Positions 1-14,203 of a DNA stretch of 64,000 nt are shown here, in pieces. The DNA comes from Octopus sinensis. Lineage: Eukaryota. The stretch spans positions 39,122,001-39,186,000 of the forward strand of contig NC_042999.1 in the NCBI RefSeq assembly GCF_006345805.1, read 5' to 3'. A program made the translations under genes and the position numbers. The notes beneath the pieces are model-generated. The model was not told the DNA's origin. It did not search any database and saw nothing but the letters and a program-made list of their open reading frames with translations. How positions within the stretch are numbered: the first letter of the stretch is position 1; each line of letters begins with the position of its first letter.

Positions 1-850
1 GCGTCTCGAAACAAGGATATGCACAATAGTGTCAGAACAAAATACCAGGAACTTTAGACTGCAAGAACTCAAAAACACCCTAATTGACAGACATTACCCA
101 GCTCAACTCATAAAGGATGGGATCAGACGTGCAACAGAAATCAACATAGAAACTTTAAGAAAAGTTCAACACAACAACACACCTTCCCCGAAAATACTAC
201 CTTACATATCCACATACAACCCCAGAAACAAAGAAGCCTTCACCATCATCACCCAGAATTTACCAATACTTCATAAGGACCCCAAATTAAAGGAAATTCT
301 AAACATACACCAAATCATTAAAAGCTACAAACAACCTAAATCACTTAAAATGATTCTCACAAAGGCAAAATTGTTTTCTGAAATTACGGATGCAAAAGTA
401 AAAAAATGTGGTAGACCGAACTGTGCAACATGTCCAAACCTGCTAGAAGGATCAGAATTGCTCTTCAAAGAGGGACAGAAATTCAATATCATATCTAATT
501 TTACTTGTGCCTCTGAAAACATAGTTTATGTCATAAAATGCTCGGGCTGCCACCAAGACTACGTGGGATCCACGGTACTATCACTCAGACGTAGATGCAC
601 ACTGCATCGACAACAGATTGCATTCCCAGAATACAGAATCATACCCTTTAGTGAGCACATTGAGAAATGCGCAAAGCAACTACTACCAACATTTTTAATC
701 TTTCCATTTTACCAATGTGCTATCGGAACACCAACACAAATTAGACTAAACAAGGAAACATTCTTCATTGAAAAATACAAGCCCAAACTTAACCATTCCA
801 ACATACTTTTACAGAGAAATTCACTCCAAAAGAAAGGCAAAAAATTTTAA
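1..850 (+). mobile_element. Penelope-like retroelement, 3' part of ORF (RT C-terminal helical region, Cys linker, GIY-YIG endonuclease); 5' end lies outside the window
   Basis: Open 273-aa frame with CGRPNCATC linker, FTCASENIVYVIKCSGCHQDYVGST (GIY-YIG), R...H motif and RLNKETFFIEKYKPKLN end, typical of PLE endonucleases; an HHR follows in the 3' pLTR region. Confidence 0.9.
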
Positions 851-960
851 GCGATTATCTCCCTTACACCGGAAGAAATCACTTATAACCTCCCCCTTAT
901 CTGGAACTCTTCTCAACATAAACATAACGATAACTCTTCTCAACGTAAACATAACGATGT

Positions 961-1000
961 AAGAAATTTGAAAAGCTGAACGCGAAACCGGTCATTTCTT
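961..1000 (+). ncRNA. Minimal type-I hammerhead ribozyme (U3-A8 core variant) in the PLE pLTR
   Basis: aagaaat-TTGAAAA-gc(tgaac)gc-GAAA-ccg-GTC-atttctt: 7-bp stem I, 2-bp stem II, palindromic stem III (ACCGGT), GUC cleavage triplet. Confidence 0.7.
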
Positions 1001-1115
1001 CTAAATTATGTCATTATAAGAAAAACATTTATAACATTCTTCAGACATATTGACTCAAATATATATTTTTTAACCTTTTAAAACAAGCCTTCTGTATTTT
1101 TTTCACTTTTTACTA

Positions 1116-1210
<95 letters not shown>

Positions 1211-1503
1211 TTGTAGTTGGTTTGCAAGATTCTTTATGTGAATTTGTGTGTCGAAGCATATTTAATTGTGTTTGAGGAGAGCCATTCTCTTTTAGGACCT
1301 TAATACTTACCACACTCACCGGTTCGATTTCTATTCATTTACTTATTAGGTTTTCAAGAAAGTTTTTGCGGAATTTTAAAATTTGGTTTTAAATTATATA
1401 TTTTCAAATGAATTTTAGTTAACTCACTTTGACTGAGATATGTGCATCTGAATTTAAAGGTTAAAAACCACAAGAACTTTCTTGACAACCTAATCTTTAA
1501 TTT

Positions 1504-1544
1504 CTCTAAAATTTTCGTTGCGTCCAGCAACATCTTCAATAGTC
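1504..1544 (-). ncRNA. Degenerate minimal hammerhead ribozyme in a probable PLE pLTR fragment
   Basis: Minus strand: gacta-TTGAAGA-t-gttgc(tggac)gcaac-GAAA-AT-TT-tagag; 5-bp stem II, palindromic AAATTT, short stem I; C3U is uncompensated. Confidence 0.45.
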
Positions 1545-2404
1545 GTTGACTCCCCCCTGTATCTTGCTTCATCATTTTTATATCTTTTCCAGCTGTCTCT
1601 TCTCTGTTCTGCATTAAGTTGGCTTCTTCATCTGCACAACGTCATCAGCTATATATATATAGGGCCAATATTTTCTATCGCCGTATATTCTCTTGAATGA
1701 TGTTGATTCGTAAGGGATATTATTTATAACTACTGGATATTCGTTTATTCAAAGCATCCAATATATCAACTTTTCGCTTATTTTACACATACACATACAT
1801 AAGCGCACACACAGATGCAGACACGTATGCGCATACATGCACAAGCGCACACATGTGAAACCTGCAATATTAACATCAATTGTGTATCAGGCAAATAAAT
1901 AACAACATTTAAACACAGTATAAGTATAAAACCTTATAGTGAAACCAAATATAACATAAAGATTTAAACAAATGCATAATAACAAGTAATTAATAATCCA
2001 CTTCTTTAATAATATCACTGAGCAAATAAAGAAATAAGATATTGGAAATAAAACATATAAAATGATTAATTGCACTTCATATGCTATTATGTTATGTTAT
2101 GGCACTTCAATGATGCAAATAGGATAGATCCAGAATTGAAAAAAAATGAGACAAGTATAAGAATATGAGAAAAGATTGGAAGGAAATATAAATATATAAT
2201 AAATGTATTGGAGTCCTTACTTAAGAGTAACATTACTGTAAAAGCAAGGTTTACATCGACATTTTGGAATTTGCGTAATAAGTTTTGTATGGTATAAATA
2301 AATTGTAGTCAGATCAATTCATTGTTTTTCTCAATTTAGAGTAAGTGAATGATTATAGTCGTTAATTAAATATCAAAAATAATCGATAGTATATAGTTAA
2401 AATA

Positions 2405-2457
2405 ATAATAACAACAACAAAAACAACAAAAACAACAACAACAACAACAACAACAAC

Positions 2458-2550
<93 letters not shown>
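2405..2550. repeat. (AAC)n/(AAT)n microsatellite
   Basis: Direct inspection; abuts the 3' end of the adjacent minus-strand SINE. Confidence 0.95.
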
Positions 2551-2551
<1 letters not shown>

Positions 2552-2761
2552 GTTTCAAATTTTGTCACCAGGGCAAAAGTATTTGAGGAGAGCATGGGTT
2601 GATTACATAAGTTCCAGTGTACAACATGTTACTTATTTCATAGACCCCGAAAGCTTCAAAGGCAAAGTCAACCTCGGTGGTATTTGAACTCAGAACGTGC
2701 AGATGGACGAAATGTCACCGCTTTGCCTGGCGTGCTAATGATTCTAACCGCTCGCCGCCTT
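2551..2761 (-). mobile_element. tRNA-derived SINE with Meta-SINE-like central domain (family B)
   Basis: Minus-strand head aaggcggcgagc..., B-box-like gagttcaaatacc, domain gaggttgactttgcctttg...tttcggggtc; about 10 homologous copies in the window. Confidence 0.75.
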
Positions 2762-2799
2762 AATTATGATGATAATGACGACAACAATAACAACATTAA

Positions 2800-2843
<44 letters not shown>

Positions 2844-2849
2844 TGGAAG

Positions 2850-2882
<33 letters not shown>

Positions 2883-2929
2883 TATATATAGAAGTATACA
2901 TACATAGGTATGTTTATGTGTGTATAGTC

Positions 2930-2960
<31 letters not shown>

Positions 2961-3006
2961 TACATATATATATGTACATATATATGTATATATATATATA
3001 TATATA

Positions 3007-3051
<45 letters not shown>

Positions 3052-3076
3052 GTATATATATATATATACATACATG

Positions 3077-3112
<36 letters not shown>

Positions 3113-3123
3113 TACACACACAC

Positions 3124-3176
<53 letters not shown>
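2800..3176. repeat. (TAC)n plus compound (TA)n microsatellite
   Basis: Direct inspection; source of the IY-rich spurious ORFs. Confidence 0.95.
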
Positions 3177-3178
<2 letters not shown>

Positions 3179-4793
3179 TGCACACGGAGTCTAATGAAAG
3201 TGCCTCAAACATTTGAGAAATCTATGAGGATATACAATAAGATCGATGTAGTTGCATCACAGGATCGGATAATGTTAGGTTCGATGCATTGCCTAATATG
3301 TGCATATATACCAAAACACGTATGCAAATATATGCATATACATTGCGTTCTTTACGCGCTTTTGAGAATGTACGTGGGGGCGCTGAAATGTTCCTGGCAT
3401 CTGAGTTCTTTTACAGAGCTTAGAAAAACTCAAGAGACTACTTTAATAAGTGTGCGAATCTGAGAGCGGATTATGTTAAATAAAATCCTAATTGATCCTC
3501 TTGTATTTTATTTTACCCAAAGCCAGGAACTTTTCAGTTTCCCCTCGTATGTATCAATTTTCTCTTTAGTATGTTTATGTTGCAGTCTTCTCTCTTAATT
3601 ATCCCTTATATATGATGCAGTGCAACTAGGTTTACTGATTTGCACATTTGTGACTATTTCAGTACGCTTCTCGTAATATAACACTAACATGTCATCTGAA
3701 ACAAAAATCACACTTAATGTTTTCTCATGTTGTAATTGCGGTTGAAATAAAATTTTATTTCACCCCTAGATTTAAAAGTCAATAGCATTAATATTTTTGG
3801 CATTGAATTGAATGAGTTCAAATAAAACATTGGCTAACAGAAGAAAATAGTCAGGATGAACAAAATAGCGTGTGAAAGACAGCCAAACTGAAATACATGT
3901 AACGGCTTTAATTGTTTCCTAGCTTACAGTAAGACGTTTTAGATTCTAAGGAAGTAATCGCTATAGAGAAAATTATGACTGATAATGAGCGAGCCTGCTG
4001 ATTGAAACTACTTATTTAATACCTGTCGCATTAAATTACACACATGTATACGATGCATGTATAACTAATTGCGCATAAGATGAGCAGAAGGAAACCACGG
4101 CGTGTGTTAAGCTTGCAGTATGAAATAGATGCGTTTCCATACAATTAGTTTTCATATAATCACATTGGCACTCGCTAGTATCGATGCACAAGAAATAATT
4201 AGCTAATTTCTTAATATTCTGGTACAGGAAATAATTAGCATCTATATACTTAGGCTAAATGTCTTAAATTTCAAATTATACATTCTGAAGTAAATTGTTC
4301 GGTGCATCATCTCGGTTTGTGCAGGCATGATGTTCATATCTAATATATTTCGAATATTAGATATGATATACACTCATATGTCTTAAACCTACAGGGTGCA
4401 ACCATCGTTTAATTTCTAAGTCATATATTACCAGGATCCATTTAAAAGTTTTGCATTAACCGTAAAATATATCTCCAAATACCAAAAAAAAAAAATACAT
4501 TGACCTATGTTTTCGACACCTTTCCCTGAATAACTCTACACAAACGATTTCATAAATTGAACTATGTAGCATAAAATAAACGACACATCAATCACTGCAA
4601 CCCTCCACACAAAATATTCCACCAGATGAACGATGACTACAGGTATTCACATAAATTCAGAAGGCCCTCCACTTCAAACCTGCATAAGCACTAACGCATT
4701 CCTGACAAAATCATGTGATCATTTGTCTTGAGATTTAATTTTTTTCACTCAAAGCTATATGGAAATCAAACATACATTTATTTCTTATAACTA

Positions 4794-5178
4794 TATAGGA
4801 GCACTCCGTCGGTTGCGACGATGAGGGTCCCAGCTGATACGATCAACGGAACAGCTTGCCCGTGATATTAACGTGCAAGTGGCTGAGCACTCCACAGACA
4901 CATGTACGCTTAACGTAGTTCTCGAGGAGATTCAGCGTGTCACAGAGTGTGACAAGGCTGGCCCTTTGAAATACAGGTACAAGAGAAACAGGAAGAAAGA
5001 GGGAGAGAAATTTGTGGTGAAAGAGTACAGCAGGGTTAAGCACCACCCCCCTGCCGGAGGCTCGTGGAGCTTTAGGTGTTTTCGCTCAATAAACACTCAC
5101 AATGCCCGCTCTGGGAATCGAAACCGCGATCCTCCGACCGCGAGTCCGCTGCCCTAACCACTGGGCCATTGCGCCTCC
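4794..5178 (-). mobile_element. Full-length tRNA-derived SINE (family A)
   Basis: Head ggaggcgcaatggcccagtggttagggcagcgg...ggtttcgattccc (A/B boxes); near-identical to 37757-38127; 14-bp TSD atttcttataacta/atttcgtataacta. Confidence 0.9.
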
Positions 5179-5544
5179 ATTTCGTATAACTACACATCCA
5201 ACATACATCACCTTTATCTGTGAAAATATAACATTATATTTACTAAAAATATAGCACACCAATTGTTATTGATCATCTAACTGTGAACTAACAACATGCA
5301 TCCATACATTCCCCACATGTTATATATGCGTGATGAGCAATGCCATCGAAAATAACAATATAAAACGGAATCTAATCGTAGTACAAAACCAGCAGAAATG
5401 CTTTGTATAAAATCTTTTCATCATTACTATCTAGCTTACTGCGAAGCTAGAGAGTAAAAAAAGTGTATTAAATTTCGCGTTGTGATGTACCAAGTCCAAT
5501 ATATAACTAAACTTCACACACACACGCAACACACCACACTATAT

Positions 5545-5545
5545 G

Positions 5546-5600
<55 letters not shown>

Positions 5601-5920
5601 TATGCATATGTATATACATATATACATGTATATATACATATATATATACATATATGCATCCACATATATGCATCTACATATACATATATATATATACACA
5701 CATGTATATACATATACACATATATATATATATACATGTACACACGCACACATATATATATATACACATATATATACATATATTTATATACATATACACA
5801 TATATTCATATATATATATATACACATACATATATACATTCATATATAGATGTATATATTCATATACATATAGACATACATATGCATACATATACGTATT
5901 TATACATATATATTATATAG
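5545..5920. repeat. Compound (TA)n/(TACA)n microsatellite
   Basis: Direct inspection. Confidence 0.95.
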
Positions 5921-6052
5921 TACATGTGTGGGAAATTCTGTTTGTGTTTTTGTTTGAGGAGTTGCTAGCTATCATCTGCATCGATTTGTCGATTTTAATG
6001 AAACTTGACACGTGAGTAGAACTTATTTCTGGAAACTTCATGGCATACACAA

Positions 6053-6970
6053 TAGTTAGTTAAGTTTTTGGCTCAAAAAGCAAAAAACAAGGCCATGTAG
6101 GGGGACATGGAGTTATGTACAAGGTGGTGTTCATGTAAAGAGTCCAGGCCACTTGTGGTCAAGGGAGACTTTGAACCGAGCGGTCGTCGGCATCTTCACC
6201 ATCTCGTCCGGCAGCTTACTCCACGGATCCGCAACCCGGACGGAGAAAGACCCTCTCCTTCGATTGAGATGAAATCGTCGCAGATAGAGCTTTTCGGAAT
6301 GACCCCGCAGCCGATGCTCTGGAGCAGGAGTGAAGAACAGCTCCTTCGAGAGGTTACACTTTCCGCTATGATGTTGTGAGCAGAATGAGATCACCACGGC
6401 GTCGTCGTTGTTCTAGAGAATAAGGTCGAGCGGTCTTCAGCCTTTCTTCATAAGAAAATTCTTGAGACCAAGAACCATTGCGGGTTAGCCAGCTTCTGGA
6501 CTCTTTCGATATGCTGTATGTCTTTGAGGAGATTAAGGAGAAGAGGTTTGAATCCCGTACTCCAATATGGGTCTCACCAGCGTGACATAGAGCGGTAGGA
6601 ATATGGCTGCTGTGAGCATCGAATGACCGTCGAATCAAGAACAGAACTCCGCGTGCTTTGGTTGGCCGCAGACGCATTGGCCGAGGCGAAAAGGAGGATC
6701 CACTAGATACCCAGGTCCTTACCTGATCGGTCCTCTCCAGCAGCAGATGACCCGGCTCAAAATTCAAGTTGAGGGCAGAGGAGGAGAGCAACAGCCAGAT
6801 TACAGCACTTTGACACGTTCAGACACAGGTCCCATTCGTTAGACCATCTCCAAATTTGGTGAGGCATCGACGAAGATCCTCTATATCACCGCGAGGAGCG
6901 ACCAGTTTGAGATCGTCGGCAAATAGAAGGGTGTTTTGCATGAGGTCGTCTGGCAAGTCGTGCCCCTGGA
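6053..6970 (-). mobile_element. 5'-truncated, internally deleted CR1-clade LINE (RT FADD motif, C-terminus, 3' UTR)
   Basis: Minus frames: NTLLFADDLKL; SYEERL...SLEQRRRRGDLI; HRLRGHSEKL...FSVRVADPWSKLP...FKVSLD; short (TAAC)n-like tail. Confidence 0.85.
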
Positions 6971-7559
6971 AGCGATCCTCATATATATCTAATATATCTT
7001 ATTTTAACAGTCAATGGAAATAACCCATTCGCCCAGATTTTAACGTCCAAGGGAAATAACTCATTCAATATTCTTAATTCATTCAGTATAAATTAATTTC
7101 TGTTTGCTTATTTCTTGCACTGTTAGCACTATTATCGCAATTTATCCAGTACATCATTAAACATGTAAATAGTATTTTCCTAAACAATAGATGCACTTAT
7201 TTCGGTTACTCACATATTCACGAATATACCAACGCTAGCGCCGATGAGGTTAATATTATCTGGGAACGCACAAAAGCCCTTTTCAGAGTTATTTACTTTG
7301 AATTGTTATTATCTCATATCTGATTAGTCGGCTATTACGTAATAAACTTCACAATTTTAGTATACATACCATATTAGTATTTCCTCCTAGGTTCTATATA
7401 CTCTGAGAGCGCTTTAAAGTCCTTTCGGGGCGTCTTTATTTGAATTCTTACTATCGGGTAACTAATTTCATGTTATTACATAACTGACTTCACAATTTGT
7501 GCATTGATATCTTTTTGGGAATTCCTAAAAACAAAACCATGTGTAAGACACTTCGTTAT

Positions 7560-7822
7560 TCTCTGTAAATGCACAAAAACCGATTTAAGGGCTGCATAAG
7601 TTGTATTGCTGTTATTGGAGTACCAAAGCAATTATGAGAACGTAACAAAGGGATAAGCCCTACTTTCCCATGAATTACCTGTAAATCTGTTTTGTATCTT
7701 TTCATTTGTCTTGCTCGTTTTACAGTCCGGTATTTGCTGAAGTCGCTTGAGAACATTCTTCGTGGTAAGACGATTTGGAGTCTTCTAGCATATTAGGAAT
7801 CCACCTTGGTGGTTATTCCTCT
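7560..7822 (-). mobile_element. Fragment of unclassified repeat family X (same family as 21450-24043)
   Basis: Minus strand accaccaaggtggattcctaatatgctagaag...ttctcaag...ttcagcaaatacc...agacaaat aligns by eye with the start of the unit at 22021. Confidence 0.6.
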
Positions 7823-8104
7823 TATATATATATATATGTAATATAATTTCTTATTCTTCGGATTATTTAAAGTATGCTATGCCACTTGTTTAAATTGATA
7901 TTAATTAATTTAACTTTATATATATATATATATATATATAACAAATTTGAGTTGTGGGGTATCGCACGAGTGGAATTATATACGAAAGAAGGTTTGAAAA
8001 TGCAATTTAAAAGATGTTTATTTACTTAACTGGTTTGACTCTTTGGAAAAAGATTGTCAAAAGTAACATATGGAAGTTTGGTTGCGTTAATTATTGGTTG
8101 TCGC

Positions 8105-8186
<82 letters not shown>

Positions 8187-8504
8187 ATATATACGGTTTA
8201 GTGTCTTTTGACAATAAAGATAATCTGTAAACCTAATTTGATTATTATCAAACACACACACAGAAAAGTGTGTGTTTGTTTATGTTTACGCCCCTAATTT
8301 ACCCTCTCTATATATACAAATCCTTCTCTTTATGATTATATCTTTGACAACTATGTATGACCGTGTCTTTCTATTTACAATCTGTCTTTCCCTCTGTCTT
8401 TATGCATCCTTCAATTCCTCTTTCTGTCGATCTAGCAGTCTATCCATGTATTAGTCGCTCTGTATTTATGTGTATGTTTCTATCTGCCTTTCCATTTACT
8501 CACG

Positions 8505-8617
<113 letters not shown>

Positions 8618-10731
8618 ATCTATCTATCTTTCGTGTCCAGAATGTAAAATATGCCAGCAATATTATATTAAAAGTGAATTAATCATATAAAGTTTATCGC
8701 CTTAAACCATGCAGCTTGCGTCCGTTGATGTACATGCAAATGGAACTCAGAAATATTAATGTGAATCAACAATAATTTCAGTAAAAGTTTGCAAATATCA
8801 AATTAACGACATAGAATATGCATTATTAATCCGAGGAATAAACGATATTTTAGAAATAATTACTACATTCTCTTCAGTCGCTTTTATTTCATATTCCATT
8901 TATTGTTTCTTGATTTTCTTAATTTATTATTTTGTTATTTTTTCTTATTTTTGTTATTTCGTATTTAATGAATTGTAGAATCAATATTTAGAAAGATACT
9001 ATTATGATGATTGCAAGTATTATGGAATAATTTAAAAAATTACATTTCCTCTCATAACCTCAAGAGATCAATTAGCTAATGGAATTCAATTTCTGAGAGG
9101 GCATCTTAGAATAAACACGAGAAGGTTTCATCCCATTTTATACTTATATCGTATTGCTCTGATTTCTGTTGTCTTGCTTTATAGATTGAGAATGGAAAGG
9201 AAACGGATGCATATCATTATACGAATGAAACTTAACGGCTACTATGTAGACACTTAAAACTATTTAAAAAAGGAATGTATCTCGATTGCCTGGATCTGTT
9301 AATAATATATCACAATATGATAATGGAAACCCCTTTTATAATGAAAAAGCTCTAAGCATCATATAATTTAAATGCGTACATTGTATAGAGTAATTCATCT
9401 ATAAGATTATTAAAGGTCGTTAAATATGTTGCATCGTGTAACTACAAAGAATTTACCATATATATAAATCGTGATATTTTTGACACAAGGAAAGCGCTTC
9501 CACAGTATTGCTCTAAAACTTAGTTAGAGTAGTCCTCATTTAGTACTGCAACCCATTCTTAGAAACAGTAATCATAGTAAATAATGCGGGTATGGAAGAA
9601 CTATACAGTAAGATATATCGAATAGATGAACAGAACGGGAAAAGTTTTTATTATAGGCCTCATCCTCAGCTAATGAACAATAGTTACATCCTGATATTCA
9701 AACTGTAGGTGAAATTGAAAATTTGAAGCTAACACAATATATCAGAGTCTATGAATAAGATATATTTATGTGCTTCAGTATTTGCTATGTATGATATACA
9801 AACAAACACAACTTCTAACAAAAAAAAAAATCACAACGGTTTATAAATATTAAAAAATGGTGATTTTATTGTGTAACGTATGCGCCAACAAGACAAACTT
9901 GCAATACATTACGCCTCTAAGTTTGGAAGTTAAATTTTTTCAATAAATTTAGTACCAATCTATCAATCAAGAGAACTATATTAAATTACCAATAGTTTTA
10001 AGCGATGTATATAGCAAAAGAACATTAAACTATATTTTAAGCTATCTTTCAAAACGATGAGATTTTGAGACATTAGACTGTCTTAATCGCTACCGTCTAC
10101 CTCTCAATTTTCAAAGAATATTGATTTTGAAATAACACGAAATGGAGCATATTGTTAGCTCTCTAGTGTAGTTAGTATACGGTACCATCCAAAACGCATG
10201 TATATTTTTTGAACTTGTACCTGCAATGTGAAGTAGCAGGTTTAGTTACACGTTTGTCATCATATACAATAATTACATTTCTTGCGCATATAAAAGGGCC
10301 ATACATCGCATAAACAGATTTCGTTGTTTTCCTTACGAATTTACGAGTTTTTTTCTTTACATCTATATAAAGGTTTCTAAATATACATACGCATTCACAA
10401 ACGCACATACACACATGAATTGAGTACATATGCACGGAGATATTTGTATGAGTGTGTAATTTTTTTATAAAGAGTTACATGATATTACACGCATGCACAC
10501 ACACAGACACATATATGTGTACATATATATATATATACATATATAGACATATATATATACATACATGCATATATATAATATATATAAATATAGATCCATA
10601 CTTATATAACTATATATATATGTATATACATATATACATATATACATGCATATGTATATACACATATATACATATATATATACAAATATATATATACATA
10701 CGTATACATACATGCATATATATACATATAT

Positions 10732-10792
10732 ACTCTTTTACTCTTTTACTTGTTTCAGCCATCCGGCTGAGGCCATGCTGGGGCACCGCCCT
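10732..10792 (-). mobile_element. 3' tail fragment of CORE-type SINE (family C)
   Basis: tactcttttacttgtttcagcca...gccatgctggggcaccgcc matches the SINE tails at ~31550 and ~56740. Confidence 0.6.
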
Positions 10793-10814
10793 TGTTGCTA
10801 CCCTCTCTAAGTCC

Positions 10815-11495
10815 AGTTTGCCGTGGCTGGCCACTAATCTAAGAGAGAGTTTGTAGCTACTGCCCTTAGGTTACCTTCGTACCTTGCAGTGGGTTCATCT
10901 GGGATCCCGGAAAGCAGCTTGTCTAGATGTTTTTTGAAAATGTCCACATCCGCATCATGTAGATCTCTTAGTTTTCTTGGCAGTTTTGAAAAGCTGAGGG
11001 CCCCTGAACCCCAGGCTATTACGTATCTGCTCCTTACCCTGGATGTGGAAGACGGGACCTTTGGCACCACACAGTGACGTCCTGTACGGGGATTGGAACA
11101 GCTCTCAATTCCAAAATTTGGTGCTAGTCCCTCCAGGATTTTCCATATGTATATCACTGCATATCTCTCTCGTCTTCGTTCCAAGGAGTACAAATTGAGT
11201 TCCCTAAGCCTCTCCCAATAGTTCTTTTCTTTCATGGTGGAAATCCTCTTGGTGAAATGTCTTTGGATTGTCTCAAGCTCTGTGGTTAGTTTGACACTAT
11301 GCGGTGACCACAGTTGAGAGCAGTAGTCCAGGCGGCTTAGGACAAATGTCCTCCATAGTGTCAACATGGTCTCGCAGTCTCTTGTCCGGAATGTCCTCAG
11401 GATCCAGCCAGTGAGTCGTCTGCACATTGTCGCCACCTTCGCGATGTGTGAAGAAAAAGATGCATCGTCACTCATGTCTATCCCCAGGTCCCGTA
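10815..11495 (-). mobile_element. CR1/L2-group LINE ORF2 C-terminal fragment, 5'-truncated into a (TA)n tract
   Basis: RDLGIDMSDDASFSSHI...ILRTF...VLSRLDYCSQLWSP...LETIQRHFTKRI...YWERLRELNLYSLERRRER...FKKHLDKLLSGIPDEP. Confidence 0.9.
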
Positions 11496-11497
11496 TT

Positions 11498-11500
11498 GAT

Positions 11501-11554
<54 letters not shown>

Positions 11555-11875
11555 ATATACATATATTATGTATACAAATATATATAAATACAGATATATA
11601 TATATATATATACATACATATATATATATTCATATATACATACATGCATAAATACACACGTATATAAATATATACGTATATACATACATATATATTTATA
11701 TACATATATAAATATATGCATATATATACATATATACACATATATACATACAAACATATAAATGTAAATATATATATTCATATATATATACACATATATA
11801 TATATACTTGTACATATACACATATTCAAATACATACATATGTATATACACACATAGATACATATATTCACATAA

Positions 11876-11927
<52 letters not shown>

Positions 11928-12211
11928 CTATATACATATATTTATACTTACATATATATACATACATTTATAAATACACATATATATATACATACATATA
12001 TATAAACATACATATATATATATACATATATATACACACACATATACATGGATATATATATATATTATACTAATTATATATATACATAGATATATATAGT
12101 ATATATACATACATACATATATATATATACACATACATATATATATATACATATATATACATATATATATACATGTGTATACATATATTTATATATATAT
12201 ATATATATATA
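11498..12211. repeat. Long compound (TA)n/(TACA)n microsatellite
   Basis: Direct inspection. Confidence 0.95.
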
Positions 12212-12380
12212 CATAAGGGACTAAAGCCATCTGAATATGGCTAGGGACAGGGCAGGGTGGTGGGGGTGTTACTGTTGCATTTAGCCCCAGGCGAACATCG
12301 ACGTCACCAGAAAGGCCCGACACCGTCACGGTGTCCTTTAACCTGCAAAGGGAGGTAATTCCCCGATGAAGCGGAAACCA

Positions 12381-12426
12381 CACACGGACCATGGTTTCAA
12401 GGTGTATTGCCTATCGTCGGCGTGTG
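12381..12426 (-). ncRNA. Minimal hammerhead ribozyme (U4C core variant)
   Basis: cacacg-CCGACGA-t-agg(caataca)cct-t-GAAA-ccatg-GTC-cgtgtg: 6-bp stem I, palindromic stem III ACCATGGT, GUC site. Confidence 0.7.
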
Positions 12427-12481
12427 TTCTATATATGAATATCCTGCAGAGTGAGAATTCGTCGAGGAGGCGGAAGCCTAC

Positions 12482-12527
12482 CACATGCCGACGATAGGCA
12501 ATACACCTTGAAACCATGGTCCGTGTG
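12482..12527 (+). ncRNA. Minimal hammerhead ribozyme (U4C core variant), opposite arm
   Basis: cacatg-CCGACGA-tagg...cctt-GAAA-ccatg-GTC-cgtgtg. Confidence 0.7.
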
Positions 12528-12745
12528 TGGTTTCCGCTTCATCGGGGAATTACCTCCCTTTGCAGGTTAAAGGACACCGTGACGGTGTCGGGCCTTTCTG
12601 GTGACGTCGATGTTCGCCTGGGGCTAAATGCAACAGTAACACCCCCACCACCCTGCCCTGTCCCTAGCCATATTCAGATGGCTTTAGTCCCTTATGTTAT
12701 CGAGCAGTTACTGTCTATATCTCTTTTAGAGAATTATTATTGCTA

Positions 12746-12824
<79 letters not shown>

Positions 12825-13138
12825 GCCTGTATATATATATATGCACATATATAACCCGAAATATGTGTATCTGGCTGATGGAAAGTTAAAAAGAGAAAAA
12901 GACCGTATATGTGTGGGGATCTGATATTCGTCTATTATTACAACTATATGAACCTTTAGTTTTCTGTTACTGTATTACATGATATATTCATTATATTTGC
13001 ATATTAGATATTCAATAATACTTCAATGGCTTTGGAATCAATACAAATTGAAATCTAGTTTATGAAGTATATGTTTACATGAAAAATCAATTAAGATGTA
13101 ACTATCACAATTGATGTAGTAAACATACATTAATAATG

Positions 13139-13169
<31 letters not shown>

Positions 13170-13411
13170 CTGTGTGTGTGCGCGTGTGTGTTTATGTATA
13201 TACATACGCTTACATATATACTATATGTAAATATATATATATATACATATCTATACACATCCACAAGCTCTAACTTACACACATATATGTACGCATACAT
13301 ATATATGTATACACACATATATATATATATTTACATATGTGTGTGTGTGTGAGTGGTCTTGTTTATACGTATATCTATATGTACAATATGCTTATAGACA
13401 TACACACACAG

Positions 13412-13467
<56 letters not shown>

Positions 13468-14203
13468 TGCGTATTCATACACCTCTGTGTGTGTGTACTT
13501 GTGTGCGGTGTATGGTTATGAATAACCTGTGTATACACGTTGAGAGTTACAAGTGTAAATATCTGACTGAGAGCGTGCAAATGTGCATGGAGTTTTCATG
13601 GTAATTTGCGAAAGAAAACAATCTTCGAACGAAAGTCGGATGTTGCAAACAGGAATACGGAAATATCAACGATATTTCAATAGAAAAATATCAATAAGTA
13701 GAATAACATACATCCAAATTAACAATAGAATCTTTGTTCTGGAATTGAGTCACGATGAAAAAAACTTGTAACCAACAGTAGAATCAAACAAACATTAACT
13801 TGAATTTCCTTTTAAGTAAGCTTCCCTGAAATAATAATCAAATTCTACCGAATCATTTTCTAAGGAATATTCGGTGCCTATAATTAATGTAAATTTTGAA
13901 AAAAGTAGTTTTCATAACCCTGCACACACGTACTACATTAAACATACACAGACGCACCTTCTACGCACAGACGAATACGTCATGCACTTACCTACATAGG
14001 CACCTATGTACGTACTTACATACATACGTACACACATGCGTACATAATTGGAGCTCTTATTCTTGTTAGTGCATTGAATTGAAATCCCATTGCAAAAAAC
14101 GAAACAAAACACTGATTGTAGTAAAATGGTAATTAAATAGTTTCAAATCCACCACATGCTCAGTCAATTCTTTCACATTAATAAAAATAAAACCGACGGA
14201 GAA

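Larger units (their letters stand above)
12211..12697. mobile_element. Fold-back element: ~215-bp near-perfect inverted arms of a PLE-pLTR-like sequence with a ~55-bp spacer
   Basis: 12211-12426 is the reverse complement of 12482-12697 (the same spurious ORF appears on both strands); each arm has an HHR; homologous to the 17149-18617 family. Confidence 0.85.

Noticed and set aside
2362-3463. Many IY-, HT-, VC-, LSIY-, poly-I/N/T/V-rich ORFs here and throughout the window
   Set aside because: Translations of stop-free microsatellites; no coding evidence
7245-7275. CCGATGA...GGGAAC HHR-like motif
   Set aside because: GAAA and stems missing
12355-12400. Plus-strand CCGATGA...GAAAC motif
   Set aside because: No stem I; the supported HHR here is on the minus strand
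12189-12854. Identical peptide MVRVWFPLHRG... on both strands
   Set aside because: Consequence of the inverted repeat; no recognisable domain
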